In this document: positions 16,053-26,358 of the stretch, piece after piece
How the letters are laid out: each line of letters begins with the position of its first letter
Position numbering within the stretch: the stretch's first letter is position 1
DNA from: an uncultured Lachnospiraceae bacterium
GTDB lineage: Bacteria > Bacillota > Clostridia > Lachnospirales > Lachnospiraceae
DNA: 37,900 nt
NCBI GenBank assembly: GCA_964499925.1
Contig: CAZCPW010000001.1
Location: 1-37,900, forward strand
Direction: 5' to 3'
The notes under the pieces: model-generated
Databases searched by the model: none
Told to the model about the DNA's origin: nothing
What the model saw: only the letters and a program-made list of their open reading frames with translations
Position numbers and translations under genes: made by a program

Positions 16053-17033
16053 TTGGGCGAGGTATTATCTCAAAATGAGATAGACAGTTTGTTGGCAGCC
16101 CTGAGTACCGGTGAACTTGATGTAGATGAAATGCAGGACAAGGGTGAACGCCAGGTCAAGAACTACGACTTTAAGCGCCCTGCAAAGTTCTCCAAAGAAC
16201 ATTTACGTACACTTGAAATCATATATGAGCATTACGGAAGATTACTTGCGACGAACCTTCCGATATATCTTCGAAAGAACGTACAGGTATCGGTAGCAAG
16301 CTCGGAAACGGTTACTTTTTCCGAATTTACGAATGCATTATCAAATCCGGTTATATTGGGAATTATAAATTTTCAGCCTCTCGGAGGCAATATCATTCTT
16401 GATTTGGCAGCCAATTTGGGCTTTGCGATGATAGACAGAATGCTTGGAGGCAAGGGAGTCCCTCTCGAGAAAAACAGAGATTTTTCCGAGATAGAGATGA
16501 CGATTATCGAAAAGCTTTTGGTTATTTCACTTCAGCTTATGCGAGAACCGTGGAGGAACGTTTTGGATATAAGCCCCGTGCTTGAAAGAATAGAAACGAA
16601 TCCGCAGTTTGCGCAGGTCATTGCTCCGAGCGAAATGATTGCCATCGTTACTCTTAACATGAAGATAGGCGATGTTGAAGGATTCATGAACGTATGCCTT
16701 CCGTACTTTACTCTGGAAAGTATCATGGACAGGCTGAATACCAAATACTGGTTCTCCACTATGAAGGAGGATTCCGGAGAAAATTACCAAGAATATATCG
16801 AATCCCTGATTAAGAGGGTGGACATACCGCTAAAGGTAATTATGGGGCAAAGCATTATCTCGGTTAATGATTTTTCGACCTTACAGATGGGCGATATCAT
16901 CAAACTGAACACCGGAGTAGACGATGAGCTTGATGTTTACGTCGGTAATATTAAGAAATTCAGGGCCGTTCCGGGTACGGAGAAAGACAAGTACGCGGTA
17001 AGGGTTACTTCAGTTATCAGGGAGGAGGAATAA
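16053..17033 (+). CDS. fliM: Flagellar motor switch protein FliM
   Basis: CheY-binding LSQNEIDSLL, YDFKRP.KFSKE and IDRMLGGKG. Likely TTG start at 16053 after SD GGAGGTG (ORF track start is 16044). Confidence 0.97.
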   Translation: MGEVLSQNEIDSLLAALSTGELDVDEMQDKGERQVKNYDFKRPAKFSKEHLRTLEIIYEHYGRLLATNLPIYLRKNVQVSVASSETVTFSEFTNALSNPVILGIINFQPLGGNIILDLAANLGFAMIDRMLGGKGVPLEKNRDFSEIEMTIIEKLLVISLQLMREPWRNVLDISPVLERIETNPQFAQVIAPSEMIAIVTLNMKIGDVEGFMNVCLPYFTLESIMDRLNTKYWFSTMKEDSGENYQEYIESLIKRVDIPLKVIMGQSIISVNDFSTLQMGDIIKLNTGVDDELDVYVGNIKKFRAVPGTEKDKYAVRVTSVIREEE

Positions 17034-17036
17034 TAA

Positions 17037-18350
17037 ATGGACGGAATGTTATCTCAGGACGAAATTAACGCCCTCCTGAGCGGCATAGATCCGAGTGAAG
17101 TCGGGAATTCCAAACCTGAAGAAAAGCCCGAAGCATTCACATCCGGAACACCTGCCTCTGACAACCAGACACTGACGGATACCGAGAAAGATGCAGTCGG
17201 CGAAGTTGCCAACATAAGCATGGGATCGGCGGCCACGACACTTTATTCCTTGGTGAACAGAAAGGTCAATATCACAACACCCGTTGTGACGATGTGTACC
17301 TGGCAGAATGTTATAGATGATTACGAAAAGCCCTGTGTATTTATCCAGATACACTATACATCGGGACTTGACGGCTCCAACATATTGGTACTTCGTGAGC
17401 ATGACGTTAAGGTTATTACGGACCTGATGATGGGCGGTGACGGCACCAACACAGACGGAGAGCTTGGAGAGCTTCATTTAAGCGCCATTTCAGAGGCTAT
17501 GAACCAGATGATGGGCACCTCTGCAACCTCACTTTCCACGATGCTCGGCACCATGATAGACATCAGTCCCCCGGAAGCAAGTCTGGTTGACCTTACAGAG
17601 TATAAAAACGGAGAGGATATATCACCTTTCCTCGGCGGAACCTTTGTCAAAGTTGCTTTTACGATGCAGATAGGCGATTTGGTAGATTCAACCATTATGC
17701 AGTTATATCCGGTTGAATTTGCAAGAAAGCTTGTTCAGACTTTCTTAGATCAATCATTCGGGTCCGAACCGGCTCCGGCACCTGCGGTTACCGAAAATCC
17801 GGCTCCGGCACCTGCTCCCACACCTGCACCGGCACAGCCTCAATTCAATCAGACGCCTTCTCAACCCGACATGAGCATGCAGGGCATGGGCATGAACGCC
17901 GGTATGCAGGGTATGAACATGGGAATGCAAGGTATGAACATGGGCATGCAGGGCATGAACATGGGAATGCAAGGCATGAATATGGGTATGCAGGGTATGA
18001 ACATGGGAATGCCGAATATGGGCATGAACATGGGAACACAGACGCCGCAACAACAGATGAATGTCCAGACGGCCCAGTTCCAGAATTTCTCCGGAGATTA
18101 CAAGAACATCATGGCCAATGAAAATATCGGCCTTATCATGGATGTTCCTTTGAATGTAACGGTCGAACTCGGAAGAACCAGCAAGTCAATCTCGGAAATT
18201 CTTGATTTTGCACCGGGTACGATTGTTGAGCTTGACAAAATTGCCGGCGAACCGATAGATGTACTTGTTAACGGCAAACTTGTTGCAAAAGGCGAGGTTG
18301 TGGTCATCGAAGAAAGCTTCGCTGTACGTATAACGGAAATCATTAAATAG
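17037..18350 (+). CDS. fliY: Flagellar switch phosphatase FliY (CheC-like + FliN domain)
   Basis: LSQDEINALL, two E-x2-N phosphatase motifs (EVANISMG, EAMNQMMG) and C-terminal FliN/SpoA domain DVPL.VTVELGRT..GEVVVIEE.F.VRIT. Confidence 0.95.
   Translation: MDGMLSQDEINALLSGIDPSEVGNSKPEEKPEAFTSGTPASDNQTLTDTEKDAVGEVANISMGSAATTLYSLVNRKVNITTPVVTMCTWQNVIDDYEKPCVFIQIHYTSGLDGSNILVLREHDVKVITDLMMGGDGTNTDGELGELHLSAISEAMNQMMGTSATSLSTMLGTMIDISPPEASLVDLTEYKNGEDISPFLGGTFVKVAFTMQIGDLVDSTIMQLYPVEFARKLVQTFLDQSFGSEPAPAPAVTENPAPAPAPTPAPAQPQFNQTPSQPDMSMQGMGMNAGMQGMNMGMQGMNMGMQGMNMGMQGMNMGMQGMNMGMPNMGMNMGTQTPQQQMNVQTAQFQNFSGDYKNIMANENIGLIMDVPLNVTVELGRTSKSISEILDFAPGTIVELDKIAGEPIDVLVNGKLVAKGEVVVIEESFAVRITEIIK
17904..18008 (+). 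repeat. Five tandem 21-nt units encoding (MQGMNMG)x5 in the FliY linker
   Basis: ATGCARGGYATGAAYATGGGH x5. Units 1 and 5 are identical and all differences are synonymous. Confidence 0.95.
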
Positions 18351-18371
18351 CAATAAACAGGAGTGTGATTT

Positions 18372-18734
18372 ATGGCAAAGAATATTTTAATCTGCGATGA
18401 TGCTGCTTTCATGAGAATGATGATTAAAGACATTCTCACCAAGAACGGCTATACCGTAATCGGCGAAGCCGAAAACGGAGTTAAGGCAGTTGAAAAGTAC
18501 AATGAGACGAAGCCCGATCTGGTACTTATGGATATCACCATGCCGGAGATGGACGGAATTCAGGCATTAAAGAAGATTAAGGCAAATGACCCCGGTGCGG
18601 TTGTAATCATGTGCTCTGCAATGGGTCAGCAGGCAATGGTTATCGAATCCATTCAGTCCGGCGCCAAAGACTTCATAGTTAAACCTTTCCAGGCAGACAG
18701 AGTTTTGGAAGCGGTTAAGAAGGTTGTGGGCTGA
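18372..18734 (+). CDS. cheY: Chemotaxis response regulator CheY
   Basis: DDAAFMRMMIKDIL, phospho-acceptor LMDITMPEMDG and DFIVKPF. Single receiver domain directly after fliY. Confidence 0.97.
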   Translation: MAKNILICDDAAFMRMMIKDILTKNGYTVIGEAENGVKAVEKYNETKPDLVLMDITMPEMDGIQALKKIKANDPGAVVIMCSAMGQQAMVIESIQSGAKDFIVKPFQADRVLEAVKKVVG

Positions 18735-19096
18735 TGTGCCTTTTGCTTACCTCGGTTGCCTCTTCGATAGGGCAGTTGGTAACTATTCTCCTGATTTTCA
18801 TTTTCGTTCTTTTTCTGACCTACTTTGTGACAAGGTGGATAGCAAATTATCAAAAGGAAAAAAATCCCGGAGATAATATCCGGATTCTTGAAGTAAAGAG
18901 AATCGGGCAGAATAAGCTTGTCGAAATCGTTAAGATCGGTGATAAGACCTTTGCCTTGGGAATGGGTAAGGATGAGATCACTCTTATAGGGGAGATTGAC
19001 GAAGAATCTTTGACTACAAAGAAGTCCTCGGGGGAAAGCTTTTCCTTTAAGGAATTTTTAAAGCGAGCTAAGGATGATGGGGCAGACAAACAATAA
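18734..19096 (+). CDS. fliO: Flagellar biosynthesis protein FliO/FliZ
   Basis: N-terminal TM, NIRILE...IG.NK..IVKIG beta region and SFKEFL tail. Lies between cheY and fliP. Confidence 0.88.
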   Translation: MCLLLTSVASSIGQLVTILLIFIFVLFLTYFVTRWIANYQKEKNPGDNIRILEVKRIGQNKLVEIVKIGDKTFALGMGKDEITLIGEIDEESLTTKKSSGESFSFKEFLKRAKDDGADKQ

Positions 19097-19960
19097 ATGA
19101 AAAAGCTTATCAAATCAATGTGCCTGCTTTTAACAGTAGGCATATTGTTTATTTTTCCTAAGACTTCGGCATTTGCAAGCAGCAATCTTACGAACAGTGT
19201 TGAGTCAAATCTTTCCGGCACAACGGATACGAGGACTAACATTACAGAGCCGGGTTCTGCTGCAACGCCTGATGAGTTAAACGAAGTTAATATATCAAAT
19301 GATTTGACAATCACTTACCAAAACGGTAACGGAGAGCTGTCGGGTTCTTTAAGAATTTTACTGACCCTTACGATGATAGCAATTGCTCCGTTACTTCTTA
19401 TAATGCTTACCTCTTTTACACGAATTATCATCGTGCTTCATTTTACGAGGTCGGCACTCAATACATCGACGGCACCGCCGAACAATGTCCTGATAGGCCT
19501 TGCGCTTATTCTTACTTTTTTCATAATGCAGTCAACATTTCAAACAGCATACAATGAGGCAATTGTCCCTTTCGACAACGGAGAGATTACTCAGGAGGAA
19601 GCCATTGAAAAGGGTATGCAGCCCTTCAGAGAGTTCATGTACGGACAGACCCAGACAAAGGACGTCCGCCTGTTTATGGAAATTGCCGAGATTGAATGGG
19701 ACGGAGATATAGAATCGATTCCGAATTATGTCTTGGTACCGAGCTTTGTGATAAGTGAGCTGAGGTCTGCATTCCTAATCGGCTTCATTATTTACATACC
19801 TTTCATAGTCATCGACATGATAGTCGCATCGGTACTCATGAGTATGGGTATGATGATGCTTCCTCCTACGACAATTTCGATGCCGTTTAAGATAATGCTT
19901 TTCGTGCTGGCGGACGGATGGAATTTGATAATCGGTTCACTTGTTAAATCGTTTATGTAA
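19097..19960 (+). CDS. fliP: Flagellar export pore protein FliP
   Basis: TSFTRIIIVL, PPNNVLIGLAL, MGMMMLPP..ISMPFK and FVLADGW. Confidence 0.98.
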   Translation: MKKLIKSMCLLLTVGILFIFPKTSAFASSNLTNSVESNLSGTTDTRTNITEPGSAATPDELNEVNISNDLTITYQNGNGELSGSLRILLTLTMIAIAPLLLIMLTSFTRIIIVLHFTRSALNTSTAPPNNVLIGLALILTFFIMQSTFQTAYNEAIVPFDNGEITQEEAIEKGMQPFREFMYGQTQTKDVRLFMEIAEIEWDGDIESIPNYVLVPSFVISELRSAFLIGFIIYIPFIVIDMIVASVLMSMGMMMLPPTTISMPFKIMLFVLADGWNLIIGSLVKSFM

Positions 19961-19965
19961 GGCAG

Positions 19966-20244
19966 GTGTTTGACATGACAATTGACGGAATAGTTCAGAT
20001 AGTCAGTAAGGGTTTATACATAATCATTCTTTTGAGTGCGCCTACACTTATTATTTCCTTGGTCGTAGGTCTGATTGTAAGTATTTTCCAGGCGGTAACC
20101 TCGATACAGGAACAGACTTTGACGTTTGTTCCGAAGATAATCGGAGTGTTTCTGGGACTTGCCATTACAGGGTATTGGATGCTCAGTACTTTGAAAGATT
20201 ACATGATAGAACTTTGGACGGATTTTTCCGTTTATATACATTAG
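19966..20244 (+). CDS. fliQ: Flagellar export protein FliQ
   Basis: VGL.VSIFQAVTSIQEQTLTFVPKI. Start is GTG 19966 or ATG 19975. Confidence 0.97.
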   Translation: MFDMTIDGIVQIVSKGLYIIILLSAPTLIISLVVGLIVSIFQAVTSIQEQTLTFVPKIIGVFLGLAITGYWMLSTLKDYMIELWTDFSVYIH

Positions 20245-20262
20245 AGATTAAAGGAGTTAAGG

Positions 20263-21042
20263 GTGCTTGATTTAACGTTCTCGCTTACTGAGCTTGAATT
20301 GTTTCTTTTGGTAATTGTGAGGGTTACATGCTTTATAATGGTAGCCCCCTTTTTTGGCATGAACGATACTCCGAACATGGTGAAAATCGGCATAGGAGTA
20401 CTTATTTCGACACTCATATATCAGACGATTGACAAGGGAAGCCTTGAATACAATACGGTTTTGGGATATGCGATTATTGTGATGAAGGAAGCGGTAACCG
20501 GACTCGTAATCGGATATTCCGCGGCAATCTGCACTTCCATATTGAATTTCGCGGGTCAGCTTGTCGACACGGAAATCGGCCTTTCTATGGTTTCGCTTTT
20601 CGATCCAGTTTCGAATGACAGTGTTACCATAAGCGGTACTTATTACAATTACACGGTTACGCTGATGCTCTTGATAAGCGGACTGTACCAGTATGTACTT
20701 TCTGCACTTTGTGAAAGCTTTAATCTCATCCCAATAAACGGGGCGGTATTTTCCTCTGAAAAGTTACTTACTTCGATGATTACCTTTTTGGGTGATTACC
20801 TTTCTTTGGGCTTCAGGCTTTGCCTTCCCGTATTCTGTTCGATGCTTCTTTTAAACGGAATACTGGGAATCCTGGCAAAGGTTTCACCGCAGCTTAATAT
20901 GTTTGCCGTAGGTATTCAGCTTAAAATTTTATTGGGACTTACAGTTATGTTTTTAACGGTTTCCATGCTCCCGACTGCTTCCTCACTGATTCTTTCCGAG
21001 GTTAAGAAGTCCATGACGATGTTTATGGAGGCCATGTTGTGA
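20263..21042 (+). CDS. fliR: Flagellar export protein FliR
   Basis: Polytopic membrane protein with APFF, AGQLVD.EIGLS...FDP and PQLNMF.VG..LK. Confidence 0.96.
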   Translation: MLDLTFSLTELELFLLVIVRVTCFIMVAPFFGMNDTPNMVKIGIGVLISTLIYQTIDKGSLEYNTVLGYAIIVMKEAVTGLVIGYSAAICTSILNFAGQLVDTEIGLSMVSLFDPVSNDSVTISGTYYNYTVTLMLLISGLYQYVLSALCESFNLIPINGAVFSSEKLLTSMITFLGDYLSLGFRLCLPVFCSMLLLNGILGILAKVSPQLNMFAVGIQLKILLGLTVMFLTVSMLPTASSLILSEVKKSMTMFMEAML

Positions 21043-22148
21043 CGTTAAGATACAATCTTTACTTTTTCGCAGAGGGCCCGGGCGGAGAAAAAACAGAACC
21101 CGCAACCGAGAAAAAGAGACAGGACGCCAGAAAAGAAGGTCAGGTCGCAAAGTCAAAAGAAATCGAAAATGCATTTTCTTTGTTGGCTTTGTTTATCCTT
21201 TTGAAAGTTTATACCGAAACGTTGGCGGAAAAGCTTGTGGGAATGTTTTCACTTTCCTATGATGACATTTCCGAATATTTAAAGAATTATGACGGCAGAG
21301 TCAATGAGGCGGATTTAATCAACCTCTATATACAATGTTTATTGCAAATGCTGATAATTCTGGCACCGGTATTGATAGTCGCTTTCTTTGTATCATTCCT
21401 GTGCGACGTGGCGCAGGTCGGCTGGCATCCGACTGCAAAGCCATTGGAGCCTAAGGGTTCGAAAATAAGTCCCTTAAGCGGGTTTAAACGTATTTTTTCA
21501 AAGAATGCGGTAGTCGAGCTGATTAAATCCATACTTAAGGTTTTAGTCATACTGATTGTTGCTTACAACTACATAAAGGATAATGCAAACGGTTTGTTTT
21601 TACTCTACGACATGACTTTAAATCAGGGAATTGCCTACGGAGGAAACCTGCTCATCAACCTCGGAATAAGGGTTTCGGCGGCTTATCTGATCATTGCCCT
21701 GGCCGATTTTGCATACCAGAAGTGGAAGTATTCGAATGATTTGAAGATGACCAAGCAGGAAATCAAAGAAGAGTACAAGCAGCAGGAAGGCGATCCGCAG
21801 ATTAAGGGTAAAATCAGGCAGCGTATGCGTGAGGTTTCACAAAGGCGTATGATGCAGAATCTTCCGAAGGCGGACGTAGTCATCACGAACCCTACGCATT
21901 ATGCGGTTGCGATTCAGTACGATTCGGAGAAATACAATGCGCCGATAGTTATTGCCAAAGGTGAAAATTATCTGGCTCAAAAAATAAAAGAAATTGCCAG
22001 GGAAAACGATATCGAGATCGTTGAAAACAAGCCCCTGGCAAGGATGCTTTACGCGAACGTGGAAATAGGAGAGCAAATTCCGGAGGAACTGTATCAGGCA
22101 GTTGCGGAGGTCTTGGCTTTTGTTTATCATTTGAAGGGTAAGGTGTGA
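21039..22148 (+). CDS. flhB: Flagellar export substrate-switch protein FlhB
   Basis: EKTEPAT.KK..DARKEGQV, autocleavage motif NPTH and EGDPQIK. Confidence 0.98.
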   Translation: MTLRYNLYFFAEGPGGEKTEPATEKKRQDARKEGQVAKSKEIENAFSLLALFILLKVYTETLAEKLVGMFSLSYDDISEYLKNYDGRVNEADLINLYIQCLLQMLIILAPVLIVAFFVSFLCDVAQVGWHPTAKPLEPKGSKISPLSGFKRIFSKNAVVELIKSILKVLVILIVAYNYIKDNANGLFLLYDMTLNQGIAYGGNLLINLGIRVSAAYLIIALADFAYQKWKYSNDLKMTKQEIKEEYKQQEGDPQIKGKIRQRMREVSQRRMMQNLPKADVVITNPTHYAVAIQYDSEKYNAPIVIAKGENYLAQKIKEIARENDIEIVENKPLARMLYANVEIGEQIPEELYQAVAEVLAFVYHLKGKV

Positions 22149-22192
22149 TTTAGGGGACAAATCCCCAATATTAGGATGAGAAAGGAGTGGGA

Positions 22193-24226
22193 ATGAAAAA
22201 AGCGGATTTAGGCGTTGCTTTATACGTACTTGCGGCATTTATCATGCTCATAGTTCCTATTCCTTCATGGCTCCTTGACATACTCCTTGCCATCAACATA
22301 TCAATCGCTTTCTTGATATTGTTTGTGGCAATGTTCACAAAGGAAGTACTCGAAATGAGCTACTTTCCCACCATCCTTCTTTTTACGACGATATTTCGTA
22401 TCGCACTGAATGTTTCGTCAACGAGACTGATCCTTACGACCGGATCTCCCGGTAACGTCGTAGAAACCTTCGGCAGCTTCGTGGGTTCGGGAAACGTTGC
22501 GGTCGGCATCATCGTGTTCATTATCCTGATACTGATTCAGTTTATAGTCATCAACAAAGGTTCCGAAAGAGTTGCGGAAGTAACCGCAAGATTTACCCTC
22601 GACGCAATGCCCGGTAAGCAGATGGCCATCGATGCCGATCTGAATACGGGTACCATCACGGATAAAGAAGCAAAAATCAGACGTGAAAAGATTCAGCAGG
22701 AAGCAAGCTTCTTCGGCTCCATGGACGGTGCCGTAAAGTACGTAAAGGGAGATGCCGTTGCGGGCCTGATTATTACGGTTATTAATCTCGCCGGCGGTGT
22801 TATAATGGGAGTGACGCAGAGAGGTGACGATGTCGCTACCGCCTTCAGTACCTATGCCATTCTTACGATAGGTGACGGACTTGTAAGCCAGATTCCTTCG
22901 CTTTTGATATCTTTGTCAACCGGTATTCTGGTAACAAAAGGTTCGGGTTCTGCGGATTTCGGAAGTGTGCTCGTAGGCCAGCTTTTCGGAATTCCGAAGG
23001 CCTTATACATAGTCGGAAGCGTTATAGCGGTTCTCGGTATAGTTACTCCGCTTAACCCCGTTATCTTCGTGGTACTCGGAGCTGCCTTTATAGTCGCGGG
23101 ACGTATCATACAGACGAGCATAGAGACCAAGGAAATCGAGACGGAGACCGAAACGGAAGAGGCGGAGGCCCAGGAAATCAGGCAGCCGGAGAATGTCAAT
23201 TCCCTTCTTTCGGTTGACCCGATTGAACTCGAATTCGGATACGGAATCATTCCCCTTGCAAACGTCAGCCAGGGCGGTGACCTTTTGGACCGTGTCGTAA
23301 TGATCAGACGACAGATAGCTTTGGAACTTGGTACCGTTGTGCCGATTATTCGTCTGCGTGACAACATTCAGTTAAATCCGAATCAGTATATCATCAAGAT
23401 TAAAGGTATACAGGTAAGCGAGGGCGAAATTTTATTTGACCATTATATGGCCATGAATCCGGGATATGTGGAAGAGGAAATAACGGGAATACCGACCTTT
23501 GAGCCTTCCTTCCATCTGCCTGCCGTATGGATTACGGAGAGTCAGAGAGAGAGGGCGGAGAGCTTAGGCTACACGGTTGTCGATCCTCCTTCAATCATCG
23601 CAACCCATTTAACCGAGATTATCAGGCAGCATCTGGCAGAGCTTTTAACGCGTCAGGATGTGGCTTCACTTATAAACAATTTAAAAGAATCAAATCCTTC
23701 AGTCGTGGAGGAACTTTATCCGAAGCTTTTGTCTTTGGGTGAGATTCAGAAGATTTTACAGAATCTCTTAAAGGAAGGCATTTCGATAAGGGATTTGCTT
23801 ACTATATTCGAAACACTTGCGGACTATGCACCGACGACCAGGGATACGGATATATTGACGGAGTATGTGCGTCAGGCTCTTAAACGTTCGATTTCAAGCA
23901 AATACTTCCCTCAGAACGAGACGACGAGCGTCGTAACCCTGGATCCGAAGGTTGAGCAGGAAATCATGGCTTCGGTTAAACAGACCGAGCAGGGGGCATA
24001 TCTGACCCTCGATCCGGAACGCACAAAGGCAATTATCGCGGCAACCGGCAAGGAACTCAAAAAGCTTGAGGATCTTGGCAAGAATCAGATAGTAATTACA
24101 TCACCGATAGTGAGAATGTATTTTAAGAGGCTTACGGAGGAATATTACAAAGATATGGTCGTAGTCTCTTACAATGAAATAGAGTCGAACGTGGAACTTC
24201 AGTCAGTGGGAATGGTAACAGCGTAA
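22193..24226 (+). CDS. flhA: Flagellar export gate protein FlhA
   Basis: RVAEVTARFTLDAMPGKQMAIDADLN and FFGSMDGA.KYVKGDA. Start ATG 22193 after AAGGAG. Confidence 0.98.
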   Translation: MKKADLGVALYVLAAFIMLIVPIPSWLLDILLAINISIAFLILFVAMFTKEVLEMSYFPTILLFTTIFRIALNVSSTRLILTTGSPGNVVETFGSFVGSGNVAVGIIVFIILILIQFIVINKGSERVAEVTARFTLDAMPGKQMAIDADLNTGTITDKEAKIRREKIQQEASFFGSMDGAVKYVKGDAVAGLIITVINLAGGVIMGVTQRGDDVATAFSTYAILTIGDGLVSQIPSLLISLSTGILVTKGSGSADFGSVLVGQLFGIPKALYIVGSVIAVLGIVTPLNPVIFVVLGAAFIVAGRIIQTSIETKEIETETETEEAEAQEIRQPENVNSLLSVDPIELEFGYGIIPLANVSQGGDLLDRVVMIRRQIALELGTVVPIIRLRDNIQLNPNQYIIKIKGIQVSEGEILFDHYMAMNPGYVEEEITGIPTFEPSFHLPAVWITESQRERAESLGYTVVDPPSIIATHLTEIIRQHLAELLTRQDVASLINNLKESNPSVVEELYPKLLSLGEIQKILQNLLKEGISIRDLLTIFETLADYAPTTRDTDILTEYVRQALKRSISSKYFPQNETTSVVTLDPKVEQEIMASVKQTEQGAYLTLDPERTKAIIAATGKELKKLEDLGKNQIVITSPIVRMYFKRLTEEYYKDMVVVSYNEIESNVELQSVGMVTA

Positions 24227-25444
24227 ATGATTATTAAGAAATTTCAGGGAAAAACCGAAGAAGAGGCTTTGGAGGCGGCAAAGAAGGAACTCGGGTCGAA
24301 TGTCGTCGTTCTGAACGTCAAAAGCGTAAAAAGAAAAGGACTTTTTTCTTTTTTGAAACCGCAGCTTACGGAGATTACGGTAGCCTTGGAGGAGGAGACC
24401 GAAAAGAAGGATTATGAAGCGGCGGGTCCCATATCTTCGGTCGAGGCAAGAAGCATCACCGAGGCACTCGGGAAGATTGCGCCCATTGTAGAAAGGGAAG
24501 AGGCCAAAAAGTCGGAAAATGCCGTAAGTGACAGCAAGATAGACGAGCGCCTCAACAATATCGAGAATATTATCGAAGAGAAGGTCTTGTCCGGGACAAA
24601 GGCCGAAGAACCTGCGGAGGAAAGCCCTGAGGAAAAAGAAAACGACGAGCTTAAGTGCTTTTTCGAGCTCCTTGAAAAGACCATGATTGACAATGAAGTC
24701 GATACGGATTATGCGAAGGCTATTATCGATGAAACCAAGAAGGTGACCAAAAACGGTACCCCGATTGATGTCGTACTTGCCGGAATCTATCAGAAGATGA
24801 TACTTAAATTCGGGAAGGCATCACCGATTACTCCTTCCGAGCACGGACCGAAGACAGTTTTCTTTGTAGGCCCCACGGGAGTCGGAAAGACGACGACCAT
24901 TGCAAAGATTGCATCGAGATTCAGTGTCGAGCTTAAAAAGAAAGTAGCATTGCTGACGGCCGATACCTACAGAATTGCTGCCGCAGAGCAGCTTCGCACC
25001 TATGCGAATATTTTGGAAGTGCCGTTCAGGATTATTTACACCATAGAGGAAATAGAGTCGGCTTTAAAGGATTTTGCCGGGTTTGATTATGTCTTTGTCG
25101 ATACGGCGGGACATTCCCATCAGAATGAAGAACAGAAGAGCGTGATGGGAAGTTTCATTCATTCCGTTGACAATTCGGTTGACAAGGAAGTTTATCTGGT
25201 GGTTTCCGCAACTACCAAATACAGGGACCTAAAGTCCATTGCCGATGCATATTCGAAGATTACCGATTACAAGCTGATATTCACAAAGCTTGACGAGACA
25301 ACGGCATTGGGTAATCTTCTCAATCTGAAATTATACACGGGTGCGGATCTTTCGTATGTGACCTGCGGACAGAACGTTCCCGACGATATTGAAAACTTTA
25401 ATGCACAGAAAACGGTTAAGAACCTTTTAGGGGGCAGGAATTAA
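24227..25444 (+). CDS. flhF: Flagellar SRP-family GTPase FlhF
   Basis: GPTGVGKTTTIAK, DTYRIAA, DTAG, TKLDET and GQNVPDDI. Confidence 0.97.
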   Translation: MIIKKFQGKTEEEALEAAKKELGSNVVVLNVKSVKRKGLFSFLKPQLTEITVALEEETEKKDYEAAGPISSVEARSITEALGKIAPIVEREEAKKSENAVSDSKIDERLNNIENIIEEKVLSGTKAEEPAEESPEEKENDELKCFFELLEKTMIDNEVDTDYAKAIIDETKKVTKNGTPIDVVLAGIYQKMILKFGKASPITPSEHGPKTVFFVGPTGVGKTTTIAKIASRFSVELKKKVALLTADTYRIAAAEQLRTYANILEVPFRIIYTIEEIESALKDFAGFDYVFVDTAGHSHQNEEQKSVMGSFIHSVDNSVDKEVYLVVSATTKYRDLKSIADAYSKITDYKLIFTKLDETTALGNLLNLKLYTGADLSYVTCGQNVPDDIENFNAQKTVKNLLGGRN

Positions 25445-26346
25445 TGGATCAGGCAGAACAGCTTAGAAATATTATCAAAGCCCAGAATCAGGCGCCTTCA
25501 AGACCGGTTGCGAGAGTTATTACCGTGACAAGCGGTAAAGGCGGAGTGGGTAAATCGAATACTTCCATCAATCTTGCGATTCAGTTTCGCAAGATGGGAC
25601 AACGCGTAATAATATTGGATGCCGATTTCGGACTTGCGAATATTGAGGTAATGTTCGGCGCGGTTCCAAAGCACAATCTCGCCGATCTGATTTATCAGGG
25701 GAAGAGCATCAAAGAGATTATTACCTGGGGCCCCATGGATGTCGGTTTTATTTCCGGGGGATCCGGTATTGCGAGCATGTCGAACTTGAGCAGGGAACAT
25801 CTTATCTACATTATTCAGAACCTTGCCGAGCTTGATGCCATAACCGACGTAATCATAGTCGATACCGGAGCGGGAATTTCGGATGCGGTCTTGGAATTTT
25901 TGGTTGCAAGCGGAGAGATATTGCTTGTTACGACTCCCGAGCCCACCTCGATTACCGATTCATATTCGCTTCTCAAGGCCCTTGCAAGGCATAAGCGATT
26001 TTCAAGCGAAAACTCACAGATTAAAATGGTGGCAAACAAGGTCCAAAATGCCGCAGAAGGTGTGGCACTTTACAATAAGCTGAATGCGGTTGTTCAAAGA
26101 TATTTAAAGCTTCCGGTAAGCTTCTTGGGTTCGGTTCCGGAAGATCCGTATCTGTCAAAGGCCGTTATGCAGCAGACTCCGGTTTCCATTCAGACTCCGA
26201 ATGCAAAATCGGCACTGGCATATGAACAGATTGCGCGCGTCCTTATGAACAAGGACAGTGTGGCAAGCGTAAAGAAGAGGGGTATGGCAGCCTTCTTCTC
26301 ACATATAGTAACGGGAAAAATGTTCAAGGATACAAATAACGGTTAA
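25444..26346 (+). CDS. flhG: Flagellar number regulator FlhG/FleN (MinD-like ATPase)
   Basis: MDQAEQLR activator helix, SGKGGVGKS, DADFGLAN and TPEPTSITDSY. Confidence 0.95.
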   Translation: MDQAEQLRNIIKAQNQAPSRPVARVITVTSGKGGVGKSNTSINLAIQFRKMGQRVIILDADFGLANIEVMFGAVPKHNLADLIYQGKSIKEIITWGPMDVGFISGGSGIASMSNLSREHLIYIIQNLAELDAITDVIIVDTGAGISDAVLEFLVASGEILLVTTPEPTSITDSYSLLKALARHKRFSSENSQIKMVANKVQNAAEGVALYNKLNAVVQRYLKLPVSFLGSVPEDPYLSKAVMQQTPVSIQTPNAKSALAYEQIARVLMNKDSVASVKKRGMAAFFSHIVTGKMFKDTNNG

Positions 26347-26358
26347 TCGGAGGGGTAA

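Noticed and set aside
17754..18053. His-rich (HVHTLH) and Cys/Pro-rich minus-strand ORFs that look like metal-binding peptides
   Set aside because: They are antisense shadows of the FliY (MQGMNMG)n repeat. The variation between units is synonymous in the FliY frame.
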